Assembly (NCBI GenBank): GCA_038204425.1
Contig: JBBRCZ010000005.1
Location: forward strand, 64,001-128,000
Direction: 5' to 3'
Length of the DNA: 64,000 nt
Source: Spirochaetia bacterium
Lineage (GTDB): Bacteria > Spirochaetota > Spirochaetia > DSM-27196 > Salinispiraceae
Within the stretch, counting starts at the first letter, position 1. Each line of letters opens with the position of its first letter. Positions 29,109 to 38,214 of this stretch are shown here, piece by piece. Below the pieces are notes generated by a model. It searched no databases, had not been told where the DNA came from, and worked only from the letters and a program-made list of their open reading frames with translations. A program made the position numbers and the translations under genes.

Positions 29109-29352
29109 GTATCCCCATGTTATCCACAATCAAAGCTCGGTCTCTCAAGTGCAGAAAATTGAAAATCTCCATTACGATATGTAAAGCCAGAATTCTCCAA
29201 AAAAATCGATCCTATTTAAATCGTTATATTAAAACAAATTATACGGACAACCAGCAATCAAATTTTCTTTAGCAAATCGCGAGTTCGTCTCTGCTATAGC
29301 GTAATTGTATTCCATACAGGGATGTGCGTGATTTATACCCAAGTTATCCACA
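29109..29352. promoter_or_regulatory. DnaA-box cluster with AT-rich core (oriC-like or DnaA regulatory locus)
   Basis: Perfect TTATCCACA at 29120 and 29344, each preceded 11 bp earlier by an imperfect box (GTATCCCCA 29109, TTATACCCA 29333). AT-rich tract at about 29213-29243. Confidence 0.55.
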
Positions 29353-29375
29353 ACAGAATTCGATGGCTAAATTTA

Positions 29376-29984
29376 CTATTTTATTATGGAGTAACCTTTT
29401 CTGCTATGCGAGACAATAATGTCGCATCCGATGCCCGCGGAGAAAGGCTTTAGCTGCTTCCTGATATTTGAAATCTGCACATCAACTAGCCTAGAATGCA
29501 GGTTTCGCATACCGATGACCAGCTTCAAGTGCTCGCGCAAAATAGGTCTCCCGCAGTTCCTTAAAAGGCACTTAAACAACAAGGCAGCTTGCATGGGTAG
29601 ATCGAGATTGAGTCGGTCTACAGAAACAGTGCTTTCGCCAATATGGACGACACCCCAGGTAAAGTAAATACCTTGAACGCCAAGCACTTTTTTGCTTCGT
29701 GCCACAAGTTCGCTCATGGAAAAGACATTTCTAAGGTATTCAGCTGCACCTGCCAAGAAACAGCTGTCCATATCATCCCCGTCACCATATGTCATAATCG
29801 GTGAGTTGACCTTGTAGAGCAAATCAGTAATAAAAAACGAAGGGCAAAGGTAGAGATCTCCATCTATAGCAAAGTGGTCGAGGTCGCACCATTCAAAGTT
29901 CAATTCATCAAATTCTAAAAGTGGGTAGCGCAGCCTGTCAACAAAAGGCGCCTCAGATAAGCAAATGACGCGGCATTTTCTCAT
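29376..29984 (-). CDS. OmpR/PhoB-type winged-helix regulator with degenerate receiver
   Basis: SRLVDVQISNIRKQL and RKGYSI wHTH; AGAAEYL receiver remnant. Confidence 0.75.
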   Translation of the reverse strand: MRKCRVICLSEAPFVDRLRYPLLEFDELNFEWCDLDHFAIDGDLYLCPSFFITDLLYKVNSPIMTYGDGDDMDSCFLAGAAEYLRNVFSMSELVARSKKVLGVQGIYFTWGVVHIGESTVSVDRLNLDLPMQAALLFKCLLRNCGRPILREHLKLVIGMRNLHSRLVDVQISNIRKQLKPFSAGIGCDIIVSHSRKGYSIIK

Positions 29985-30020
29985 GAGCTTCCAAAAACAT
30001 CCATAGTAATAGCGGCCGGA

Positions 30021-30572
30021 CTACCCTAAAAAGATCTGCCCGCTATTGTCTATTGCCAAAATTGTCTTGCAGTTAGAACACCTAAATCGGCCAGCTTTGG
30101 AGGCCTTCAACTTAGTGGCACAAATAGGGCACTTAAAAATTCGAGGAAATATTGACCCTGTTTCGGGTTCAGCGCCTTTTACGAAGAAGCCAGTCGCCTC
30201 GTCGAGATTTTCTTTGATGTTGAAAAACTGAGAGAATCCAAGTAGTTGAAATACCTCATATACTTTGGGTTGAATTTCCAAGAGAACGAGATCACCACCT
30301 CTTGGCTTTACGGCTTTTAGAAAGGCGGTAAATGATCCAATACCTGTACTTGAAACGTAGTTCAAACTACCACAGTGGAAAATAAGGCGGGTAAAGCCTG
30401 ATTCTATAGCCTTGTTGACCCTTTTTTGGAAAAAGTTAGAATTGTACGTATCAATATACCCAGTGAGATACATTACTAGGCAGCCATCGGCGCCATCTAT
30501 TTTTTGAAGACGAATCTTGAGACTTTCGTCTTTCTCTTCGTCAAATCCGGGTACAATCTCGTTGTTACTCAT
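30021..30572 (-). CDS. STAS anti-sigma-factor antagonist with C-terminal zinc ribbon
   Basis: LTGYIDTYN, LNYVSSTGIG and VYEVFQLLGF; CPIC...CSNC. Confidence 0.92.
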   Translation of the reverse strand: MSNNEIVPGFDEEKDESLKIRLQKIDGADGCLVMYLTGYIDTYNSNFFQKRVNKAIESGFTRLIFHCGSLNYVSSTGIGSFTAFLKAVKPRGGDLVLLEIQPKVYEVFQLLGFSQFFNIKENLDEATGFFVKGAEPETGSIFPRIFKCPICATKLKASKAGRFRCSNCKTILAIDNSGQIFLG

Positions 30573-30623
30573 AGTTCACCTTCGTATCCTGGCATTATTC
30601 ACCCATCATAAGAGATACTTAAG

Positions 30624-30652
30624 ATAGTATGCATTGGTTTTGTCTTTGTCAA
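30624..30652 (-). promoter_or_regulatory. Sigma70-type promoter of the STAS gene
   Basis: TTGACA-N17-TACTAT on the minus strand. Confidence 0.7.
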
Positions 30653-30670
30653 ACACGTGTTTTACTTTTT

Positions 30671-31417
30671 TCATGATAAATCACTCAAAGATGTCAATAT
30701 CGCTCCATTTACTACCTTGGCCGGAACAGCTAGCATTATCTCTATCATTTTAGCCCAATCCCCAGGGTTTTGCAGGGTTTCGACTGCTTTTTTTTTCTGG
30801 GAACCTTTAAACTCTTCTTTAGTATAATACTCTGTTTCAACATATGCTGGGCATAATCCAATGATTTGTACATTACTGCGGCCAAATTCTCTAGCAGCAC
30901 TTTTAATCAGCACGCTTAATCCGGTTTTGGCCGAGGCGTAGGCTGCTGTTTGTCGATATGACCGAATAGTGTCAGAGTTACTGGAGCCAAACACAAATAT
31001 CTTTCCGAATCCTCGTTTGGCCATATGTGGCGCGTAGGTGCTAATTAAGGCGCCTGGCAGCGCAAGGTTAGCACTAGCCATCCATTCCCAATCGGCGGGA
31101 CTAGTCTGAGCCAGCGATCCATAGAGTACCGGTCCAAAAGATATAACTAAAATATCTGGTTCGAGCTTTGGAATTGCCTCTATAAAGTCAGTAGCTCCAC
31201 TAAAAGGCCTAAAAATACCTTGAGTTTGACATTTTCCACTGTTGAGTTGTTTTGTGAGTTCATCTAGTTTTGCCAGATCTTGCCCACCATGGATCCAAAG
31301 CTTCTGACAGTGTTTGGCCAAAGTACGAGAAACGGCGGCGCCAATGCCACCACTACCCCCAATTACTAAGGCGGTGAGTTTTTCTTGACCAGAGACTGAC
31401 AACATCATATCATCCAT
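30671..31417 (-). CDS. Short-chain dehydrogenase/reductase
   Basis: GGSGGIG and YASAK motifs. Confidence 0.88.
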   Translation of the reverse strand: MDDMMLSVSGQEKLTALVIGGSGGIGAAVSRTLAKHCQKLWIHGGQDLAKLDELTKQLNSGKCQTQGIFRPFSGATDFIEAIPKLEPDILVISFGPVLYGSLAQTSPADWEWMASANLALPGALISTYAPHMAKRGFGKIFVFGSSNSDTIRSYRQTAAYASAKTGLSVLIKSAAREFGRSNVQIIGLCPAYVETEYYTKEEFKGSQKKKAVETLQNPGDWAKMIEIMLAVPAKVVNGAILTSLSDLS

Positions 31418-31433
31418 AGTTGAGAGGTTAAGA

Positions 31434-31892
31434 ATGAAATTATTTTTGTCAATGTTAATGTTCCTTTTTGTTGCTGCCGGCCTGAATGCCGATCTCTACT
31501 CTGACTTTAGGGCCTTGGTTGATCTTAACGCAAGCATAAAGAGCCTTGCTAGCCAACCCGAACAGATTCGCAAAGACAAAATATACCTTTTAGAAGGCAC
31601 GATTGCCAGTCTCCAGGTTGTTGATAAAGATCCACAACGATTCTACGCCGAAGCCGTTTTTATTAGCGCAGAATGGAAAGACAAGAAGCAGCTCTTTGGT
31701 TACAAGGTAAGTCTAATCTTCAACCGGAACGAGTTTTCTAGCCGTATTTTTAATAGACCTCAAGGAGCGCAAGACGAGATTGTCTCCAATAGTCGTGGTC
31801 TGGCACTGGTAAAGTATGAAGAAACAATCACTTTGCCTGACGGAAGTCGCTCTCCAGTTTTTTCGGTCTATGACTTTAAGCTGTTAAAGTGA
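31434..31892 (+). CDS. Exported hypothetical protein
   Basis: Signal peptide MKLFLSMLMFLFVAAGLNA; RBS GAGG. Confidence 0.75.
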   Translation: MKLFLSMLMFLFVAAGLNADLYSDFRALVDLNASIKSLASQPEQIRKDKIYLLEGTIASLQVVDKDPQRFYAEAVFISAEWKDKKQLFGYKVSLIFNRNEFSSRIFNRPQGAQDEIVSNSRGLALVKYEETITLPDGSRSPVFSVYDFKLLK

Positions 31893-31912
31893 GCTTCCCA
31901 CGATTCGTTGGG

Positions 31913-32875
31913 TTAAAACAGCGCGGAACCACGTAAGTAAAGTTCTAGTTCAACGAGATTTCCCGGCCATTTATGTTTAAAAAGCGCTTTCCAATCTATG
32001 GTATTGTGATTTGATCCAAGCTCGAGAACTAAGGAATAGAGTTCTTCTATTCTTTCCCTTAGCGGTATCATGGTCAAAAGACCGCAGTCTTCTCCCAGCA
32101 CATATCGATACTTATTGGAAACCATTGTTCCCCAAGGTATGGTAATTGTTGCTATTAGTTTGATTGGTCTGAGCGAAATTCTATCGTGTATCAGTGACCC
32201 TATCCTCAAGAGGTTCCTCTTATTAAAGTGACTCAAGTTCTCTAGTACTATGCATGAACTTCTTGAAAGATGCTTAAGATCGGCCAATTTATCTTTCCTT
32301 CCATCAAAACAGAGTGGAATGCCCAAACGGTCGTCGCAACTAGCCAAGGCAAGGGCCAAAGTGGTTTTTCCAGTTCCCGACTCCCCTGCTATGAGAACTG
32401 GGCCCCAGTCTTTGCTGACATATAGACAGCGTTTGGGGTCTTTTACCTTAATGATTCTTGGTAGTTGTTTGATTCCCTGCAAACCATTCTTTGTCTGGCT
32501 AAATGTCCTTTGGCTGCGAGCCAAGACTGACCATAGTTCCACTTTATTGATCGGTTTACAATTGAAGTGTTTTGCGCCTGATATTATTGTACGAGATACT
32601 AGACTAGGTTGATTGCTATATGAATATGCAAGTATGGGAAGACATGGAAAACGTTGGGCAAACATACTTAGCAAAAGCAATCCATTGCCGCCTCGATAGT
32701 CCGGATCGATGACAAGTAGGGTTGCATCTAGATGATAGCTTTCTGTTTGTAGAAGCATAGAATAGTCGCAAGCTTGCAGATCATACCCGTCTGGTAGAAT
32801 CATGTCCAAATAGGACATTGAATCACGGTCGTCGTCAATATAGAGGACAATTTTTTTCGTGCCAAAGCAACCCAT
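31913..32875 (-). CDS. Degenerate NtrC-like protein (receiver + truncated AAA+)
   Basis: LYIDDD...KP receiver; VLIAGESGTGKT, PLRER and WPGNLVEL; no GAFTGA and no HTH. Confidence 0.7.
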   Translation of the reverse strand: MGCFGTKKIVLYIDDDRDSMSYLDMILPDGYDLQACDYSMLLQTESYHLDATLLVIDPDYRGGNGLLLLSMFAQRFPCLPILAYSYSNQPSLVSRTIISGAKHFNCKPINKVELWSVLARSQRTFSQTKNGLQGIKQLPRIIKVKDPKRCLYVSKDWGPVLIAGESGTGKTTLALALASCDDRLGIPLCFDGRKDKLADLKHLSRSSCIVLENLSHFNKRNLLRIGSLIHDRISLRPIKLIATITIPWGTMVSNKYRYVLGEDCGLLTMIPLRERIEELYSLVLELGSNHNTIDWKALFKHKWPGNLVELELYLRGSALF

Positions 32876-32899
32876 ACTTAGATTATTACTTGCTTTTTG

Positions 32900-33421
32900 A
32901 TGAATCGCAACCGTTTTCCGCTTGCTTGTACATTTTTATTTATCTCAACTATACTTGCGCCAATGCTCGGGAACCTTATTTTACTAACGCTTTTAAAGAA
33001 AGAAAAACTCTTTTCTCTGGTTATGGCCGTTATGGCTTACAGTTTACTATTTTTTGCTGACAGTTTTTTTTCCATGTGGTTGTCGACCAAATTTGGAGCC
33101 TATCTCACGATTGCCTTGGTCGCCGCGGCAACATGGCTTCAAGCGTTGGTGATTCTCAGTGGTATCTTAAGGTACCAAAGGTTATTGAACATCAGAATAA
33201 AAATCGCTGACTACCCACGTATGGAGTTTATTCAATTGAGCGGATTGGGTATTTCACTTTTGCTATGCTTGAGCCCTGGTTTTCTGAGCGACGCACTTTG
33301 CTGGCTGATCTACTTGCCGCCTTTTAGACTCTTGCTTGGCCAAGCCTTGTTTAAGAAATATCAAGCCAGCTACACAGCCACCTACGAATTGTTAAGTAGC
33401 GAAGACCATCCAAAACTATAA
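32900..33421 (+). CDS. FxsA-like membrane protein
   Basis: LLLCLSPGFLSDAL matches the FxsA PGF.TD motif. Confidence 0.65.
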   Translation: MNRNRFPLACTFLFISTILAPMLGNLILLTLLKKEKLFSLVMAVMAYSLLFFADSFFSMWLSTKFGAYLTIALVAAATWLQALVILSGILRYQRLLNIRIKIADYPRMEFIQLSGLGISLLLCLSPGFLSDALCWLIYLPPFRLLLGQALFKKYQASYTATYELLSSEDHPKL

Positions 33422-34186
33422 CTCTCTAACCGCGCGTGTCCATAATATGAGCCAATGGAAGTACATATAGATAACCAAGCGCGTGATTCTCCATGGCCTT
33501 TTGACACTCTCGCGATAAAACTCGCGACCCTTTCGGAAAGAAACCAAGCTGGGTCTTTTTTTTCTCGCAATAATATAGTCAAAGAACTCAGAACTCCAAA
33601 GTTGAATGCCGCGTTGAAAAAAACCTCTATTTCGATAAATCCATAACATTTTCCCTTTGATTCCTGGTCCACACAAGAGCAAGTTTGGAGAAGACTTATT
33701 CACCGCGGTGACAATATTTCGTTCCATCTGTCGTGGATAGTTTCCAGTGTAACGGCCAAGTATAGAAGAGCCTGGAAATGTGTGCTTGATGTTATTTTCA
33801 ATATTCTTAAGCGATGGTTGGCGATCTCCAAGCAGAAAAATACTGCCCTTGATCGACTCGAGAACGTTTAAGACTCTTATCAAGAACTGAAACGGTGGAT
33901 AGCGTGGAACATCTAGGTGATGAAGTTTTTTGGCAGCATGTTTAAGTCCCATTGAAACTGGAACAACCAAGGCTGCATTGTTGAGACACGTCAAGAGTTC
34001 CGGATTTCTCCTTGCTCGCATAAGGTCCAGGGTCCTTAAATATACTATCTGATTGCTCCCTGGCCTCTCCAAAAGAATTTTGATGACAGCTTCAAGGCTT
34101 TCATTTGGAACTATGTCTACTGGCACTCCCAGAATTCTAACTCTCCTGATCTGAGACAAGACCGGTGATGTTTCAACAACTTTCAT
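33416..34186 (-). CDS. WecB/TagA/CpsF family glycosyltransferase-like protein
   Basis: RILGVPVD, IFLLG, FPG..I.G and PWR near the C-terminus. Confidence 0.75.
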   Translation of the reverse strand: MKVVETSPVLSQIRRVRILGVPVDIVPNESLEAVIKILLERPGSNQIVYLRTLDLMRARRNPELLTCLNNAALVVPVSMGLKHAAKKLHHLDVPRYPPFQFLIRVLNVLESIKGSIFLLGDRQPSLKNIENNIKHTFPGSSILGRYTGNYPRQMERNIVTAVNKSSPNLLLCGPGIKGKMLWIYRNRGFFQRGIQLWSSEFFDYIIARKKRPSLVSFRKGREFYRESVKRPWRITRLVIYMYFHWLILWTRAVREL

Positions 34187-34188
34187 GT

Positions 34189-34992
34189 TTAGTTTAACTC
34201 CCGCAAAATCCAATCCGTACGCTCTCTTGAAAGTGCATTAATAGTAGAAAGGGCAGCTATCGCTGCTGTTTCGGTCCTCAAAATAGTGGAACCCAGACTA
34301 ACACAATAATATCCATAGGACAAAAACAATTCAACTTCTCTTGTGGAAAAACCACCCTCGGGTCCAATAAGCGCCATCACGCGAGTCGGAAGGCCATCAA
34401 GATATCGGTGTAGACTAGATTGAGCAAGATTGTTTTCGTAAAAAAGCAAGCCAAGATTGTTTTTATCGCCCACGAACTGGCGAGCGAAGTCATCTGACTT
34501 GAGTGGACGGTTGATAAACGGCAGCCTTGGATTGTTTGATTGTTGACAGGCCTCTCTGGCAATGGCTACAAGGCGGTCGTGCTTACTCTGCCAACGTGCA
34601 TCAAAATCGGCAATTGCATAGTCAGATTGTAGAAGGTGAATACCAGTTACGCCCAACTCCGTGGCCTGCCGAACTATGTCATCGAGCTTTTTTCCTTTTG
34701 GTAGGGCCTGTACCAACTCAAGAGAAAACGGTACTTGCTGGGATTTTTTTTTATCCGAGCTTTGATTTGGGGTTTGATCTGCGTCTATAACTGGTCCACT
34801 GCTGTTTTCTAGTAGGCACCATTTGTCTTCTGCGTTTACCAAACGAGCTTCAAAAACTCGCCCGTTTGGGTCCCTACAAACAAGTACCGTGCCCAACCTC
34901 GTTCTTCTAACATTGACCAAATAGTGGGCCGTCTTCTGATCAAGAGTCCAGAGCCCTCCTGTTGGGGCTCCGACTAGTAATAGTTGTTTCAA
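34189..34992 (-). CDS. rsmE: 16S rRNA m3U1498 methyltransferase
   Basis: HYLVNVRR, QATELGV, EACQQS, IGPEGGFS and ILRTETAA. Confidence 0.95.
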   Translation of the reverse strand: MKQLLLVGAPTGGLWTLDQKTAHYLVNVRRTRLGTVLVCRDPNGRVFEARLVNAEDKWCLLENSSGPVIDADQTPNQSSDKKKSQQVPFSLELVQALPKGKKLDDIVRQATELGVTGIHLLQSDYAIADFDARWQSKHDRLVAIAREACQQSNNPRLPFINRPLKSDDFARQFVGDKNNLGLLFYENNLAQSSLHRYLDGLPTRVMALIGPEGGFSTREVELFLSYGYYCVSLGSTILRTETAAIAALSTINALSRERTDWILRELN

Positions 34993-36548
34993 GGATTTCG
35001 GGGACTGGGCAAGGTGCTTCTTGTGTCTACTGTGCTGCTAGTCTTTGTGGCAGCTGGTCTAGCACGAATTAATTTCTCAACATCGCCTGCCTTTATGATC
35101 TCCAAGGCTTTTTGCAGTTCCAAGTCGTATTCCAGATCATAGACTGGATTCTGATTGTTCTTGCGTTCCACTTCTAGGCGTATGAGCCGTTTGATAAGGC
35201 GTTCGGGAACCTTAAGTCCTTGTCGATTTAAGTCAACGACAAAAGCATTGATAGTAGCCGAACTAGGTTGCTGATTGTTTTCTACAAAATTCTTTACTAG
35301 ACTCTGTTCTTGAATCTTGACCAGAGCGAGTTCTTCGTCTCGACTAAGCACTGGTTCGACAATTTCTACATCCGGTGATATTCCCACTTTATCAATGGTA
35401 ATGTCCGCCGGAGTGTAGTAACGAGCTATGGTCAATCTAAAGCCACTTGCTCCGAGATCTCTAACACTTTGTACTGATCCTTTGCCGTAGGTCTTGCTTC
35501 CCACAAATAGGGCACGATTGCGATCCTTCAGTGCACCTGCCAAAATCTCAGATGCTGATGCACTTCCTTTGTTAATCAAAACAATCAAAGACACGTCAGA
35601 AGCAATCATTTGACCTGCCGTCGCTCGGAACACTCTATTCTCACTCGCTATTCTGCCCTTGGTGCTAACCAAAACACCGTCAGAAAAGAACAAATCGGCA
35701 ACATAGACTGCACCGTCCAAGACACCACCGGGATTGTTTCTAACATCAAAGATCATGGATTTGTAACCCTTGCTCTTCAACTCGGTGAGGTGCTTCTTTA
35801 ACTGTTCTATGGTTTTTGGCGTAAACTCAATTAATCGCACATATGCGACATCACCAATCATGGCACTCTTAACGGTAGGGATCTGGATGACCTCTCTAAC
35901 TAGAGTTACCTTAAAGTCCATCGACTTACCGCGAAAAATTCTTACCACCACGGAGGTGCCTACTCTGCCTCGCAGACGACTTACAGCTTGATCGGTTTCC
36001 AGCTCAGTGGTTGATTTATCATCTATTTCAACAATTAGGTCGCCACTCAAAAGGCCGGCACGGTAAGCTGGCGTGCCTTCTATAGGTGCGGAGACTTCAA
36101 TAAATCCATCCGGGAGTGCACTGCCATCTGGTTTTCTTTGTTTATTGATATAGAGACCCAAACCACCAAATTCCCCAGTGGTAACGTCGGTCAGACTGCG
36201 CCAATCGGCTTCGGGCAAGTACATAGAAAAAGGGTCGCCCAGTGCTTCAAACATTCCTTTGATGGCACCTTGTATTAGTACTTCTCCGTCAACCTTGTCT
36301 ACATAACTTTGTTGAATCAACTGATATATTGCCTGCAAAGTACCAAAGTAGTCTTGAATTGATAAGTTTCCGCCGCTTGCGACTTGGTCTTTATTACCTT
36401 CAAAAGCAAAAAGCACCGGGCTCAAAGCAGTAAATAGAATAACGAAAAACAATACGGCGCCAATGCCTACGCCGAGGACTGTTTTTCTTCGCTTTTTAAC
36501 GGCAACAATTTCATTGGATAATTCAATATCCTTGTTTTGATCACTCAT
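34989..36548 (-). CDS. ctpA: Carboxyl-terminal processing protease (S41, PDZ)
   Basis: FGGLG, DVRNNPGG, SASASEI and TYGKGSVQ. Confidence 0.95.
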   Translation of the reverse strand: MSDQNKDIELSNEIVAVKKRRKTVLGVGIGAVLFFVILFTALSPVLFAFEGNKDQVASGGNLSIQDYFGTLQAIYQLIQQSYVDKVDGEVLIQGAIKGMFEALGDPFSMYLPEADWRSLTDVTTGEFGGLGLYINKQRKPDGSALPDGFIEVSAPIEGTPAYRAGLLSGDLIVEIDDKSTTELETDQAVSRLRGRVGTSVVVRIFRGKSMDFKVTLVREVIQIPTVKSAMIGDVAYVRLIEFTPKTIEQLKKHLTELKSKGYKSMIFDVRNNPGGVLDGAVYVADLFFSDGVLVSTKGRIASENRVFRATAGQMIASDVSLIVLINKGSASASEILAGALKDRNRALFVGSKTYGKGSVQSVRDLGASGFRLTIARYYTPADITIDKVGISPDVEIVEPVLSRDEELALVKIQEQSLVKNFVENNQQPSSATINAFVVDLNRQGLKVPERLIKRLIRLEVERKNNQNPVYDLEYDLELQKALEIIKAGDVEKLIRARPAATKTSSTVDTRSTLPSPRNP

Positions 36549-36610
36549 TGTACCAATGTAACTTAGAGCACCTTGACTCGTCCAGTCTGTCAACCTACTA
36601 TCAGAGAATA

Positions 36611-37051
36611 ATGAGAAATCCTCGCTTTGCGCTTATCTTTACTGCTGTATGGAACATGGTTCGATTTACTTTGGTTTTTGTGTCCATCACCTGGCTATTG
36701 CCAAGCAATGGAATGGACTATCTATCGCTATTGGTTCTGTGGTTTGGGACACCCGGCTTAGTAAGTGCTGCACTTGCACTATTTACTCTGGCTAGGCCTG
36801 ACGGGACTGAAAACAGCGTGCAAGCTATTCGATTGGTACTTGTCATCGATTCTATTTTGACATTAGCGCTTTTGATTGTTCGCATGCTTAGTCACCTAGA
36901 CGCTGAGCTTTCTTATCGCTTGGCCCTAAACTCAGAATCAAGTATTTTTTCGCCTGATTTGGTGATCATGATTCTTAGCCTAATTGCACATTGCGTAAAT
37001 ATCATCCTACTTTCTCGATACCTTGCAAGAAAAACGGAGCGCGTTCAATAA
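36611..37051 (+). CDS. Hypothetical membrane protein (4 TM)
   Basis: Hydrophobic ORF with TTGACT-N17-TACTAT upstream; TAATG overlap with the next gene. Confidence 0.7.
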   Translation: MRNPRFALIFTAVWNMVRFTLVFVSITWLLPSNGMDYLSLLVLWFGTPGLVSAALALFTLARPDGTENSVQAIRLVLVIDSILTLALLIVRMLSHLDAELSYRLALNSESSIFSPDLVIMILSLIAHCVNIILLSRYLARKTERVQ

Positions 37052-38196
37052 TGCACATTATTCCTGTTGCAAGTGGCAAAGGCGGTGTCGGCAAATCATT
37101 GTTTTCTGCCAACCTTGCTATTGCCTTAGGACAAGCGGGCAAGAAAGTCATCTTAGTAGACCTCGACCTTGGCGGCTCTAATCTTCATTTGATTTTGGGC
37201 ATTCGAAACGTCAAAAAAGGGATCGGCACTTTTCTTACCGACCAAAAAGGTGGAATTGAAGACACCATTTTGGATTCGGGATTTGAAGGCGTTAGCTTTA
37301 TCCCTGGTGACGCTGAGATACCCGGAATCGCCAATCTCACTCAGACTCAAAAGAAGAGACTGATAACTAAACTGAGTGCGCTAGATGCGGACTATTTAAT
37401 TTGTGACCTCGGCGCGGGCAGTGGCCTCAATACCATAGACTTTTTTTTGACGGCTGCGCGCGGCATAATCGTGACCAATCCGAGTCCCACTGCTTTGGTC
37501 AACGCTTACTTGTTTTTGAAGAACTCGGTCTTTAGAATCATCCAATCTGCCGTAAAAAAGGGCAGCAAAGCGGATGTCTACTTTAAAAACTTACAAAAAG
37601 AAACGGGTTCGGTCCAAAGGGTCTATATCCGCGACGTAATGGCAGAAATTGCCCGCGTTGACCCCGAAAGCCATGCCAAAATCAGCAAAACCCTTGGCAA
37701 ATTTCAGCCGCGTTTAGTTTTGAACATGTTAGAAGATCCAAAGGATGCCGACAAAGCCCACAAACTAAGACGTTCTTGCCAGCAATATCTCGGAACCGAG
37801 ATGGAACATTTGGGCATAATGTACCGAGACGAGCTCCAAGACACGGCACTAAGGTCGGGGCTACCAATCATCAAATACAAACCCAAGGCTGTTTTATCTC
37901 AAGCAATCTATCGTATTGCTGAAAAACTTCTGCAGAATGAACTTGAATATACAGAAGAAAGCTTGGACCTCGACACCTTTGACCTCAGTTTTGATACTGC
38001 CGAGATGGAAGCCGAAGTCGACTTTCAAAGCCGAGTAGAATACTTGGAAGACTTGCTCGATACAGGTACGTTGAGCACCGCCGACCTTATGGAAACAGTT
38101 AAAACTCAACAATTGGAAATAAGTCACCTAAGAAAGGAAAATATGTTCTTAAAATCTCGTATACTTAAAGCTGCAGATCAAGGCTTCAAACTTTAG
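37051..38196 (+). CDS. MinD/FlhG-family P-loop ATPase with C-terminal extension
   Basis: SGKGGVGKS deviant Walker A, VDLDLG and DLGAG. Confidence 0.9.
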   Translation: MHIIPVASGKGGVGKSLFSANLAIALGQAGKKVILVDLDLGGSNLHLILGIRNVKKGIGTFLTDQKGGIEDTILDSGFEGVSFIPGDAEIPGIANLTQTQKKRLITKLSALDADYLICDLGAGSGLNTIDFFLTAARGIIVTNPSPTALVNAYLFLKNSVFRIIQSAVKKGSKADVYFKNLQKETGSVQRVYIRDVMAEIARVDPESHAKISKTLGKFQPRLVLNMLEDPKDADKAHKLRRSCQQYLGTEMEHLGIMYRDELQDTALRSGLPIIKYKPKAVLSQAIYRIAEKLLQNELEYTEESLDLDTFDLSFDTAEMEAEVDFQSRVEYLEDLLDTGTLSTADLMETVKTQQLEISHLRKENMFLKSRILKAADQGFKL

Positions 38197-38214
38197 ACAA
38201 CAGGTACAATGTAA

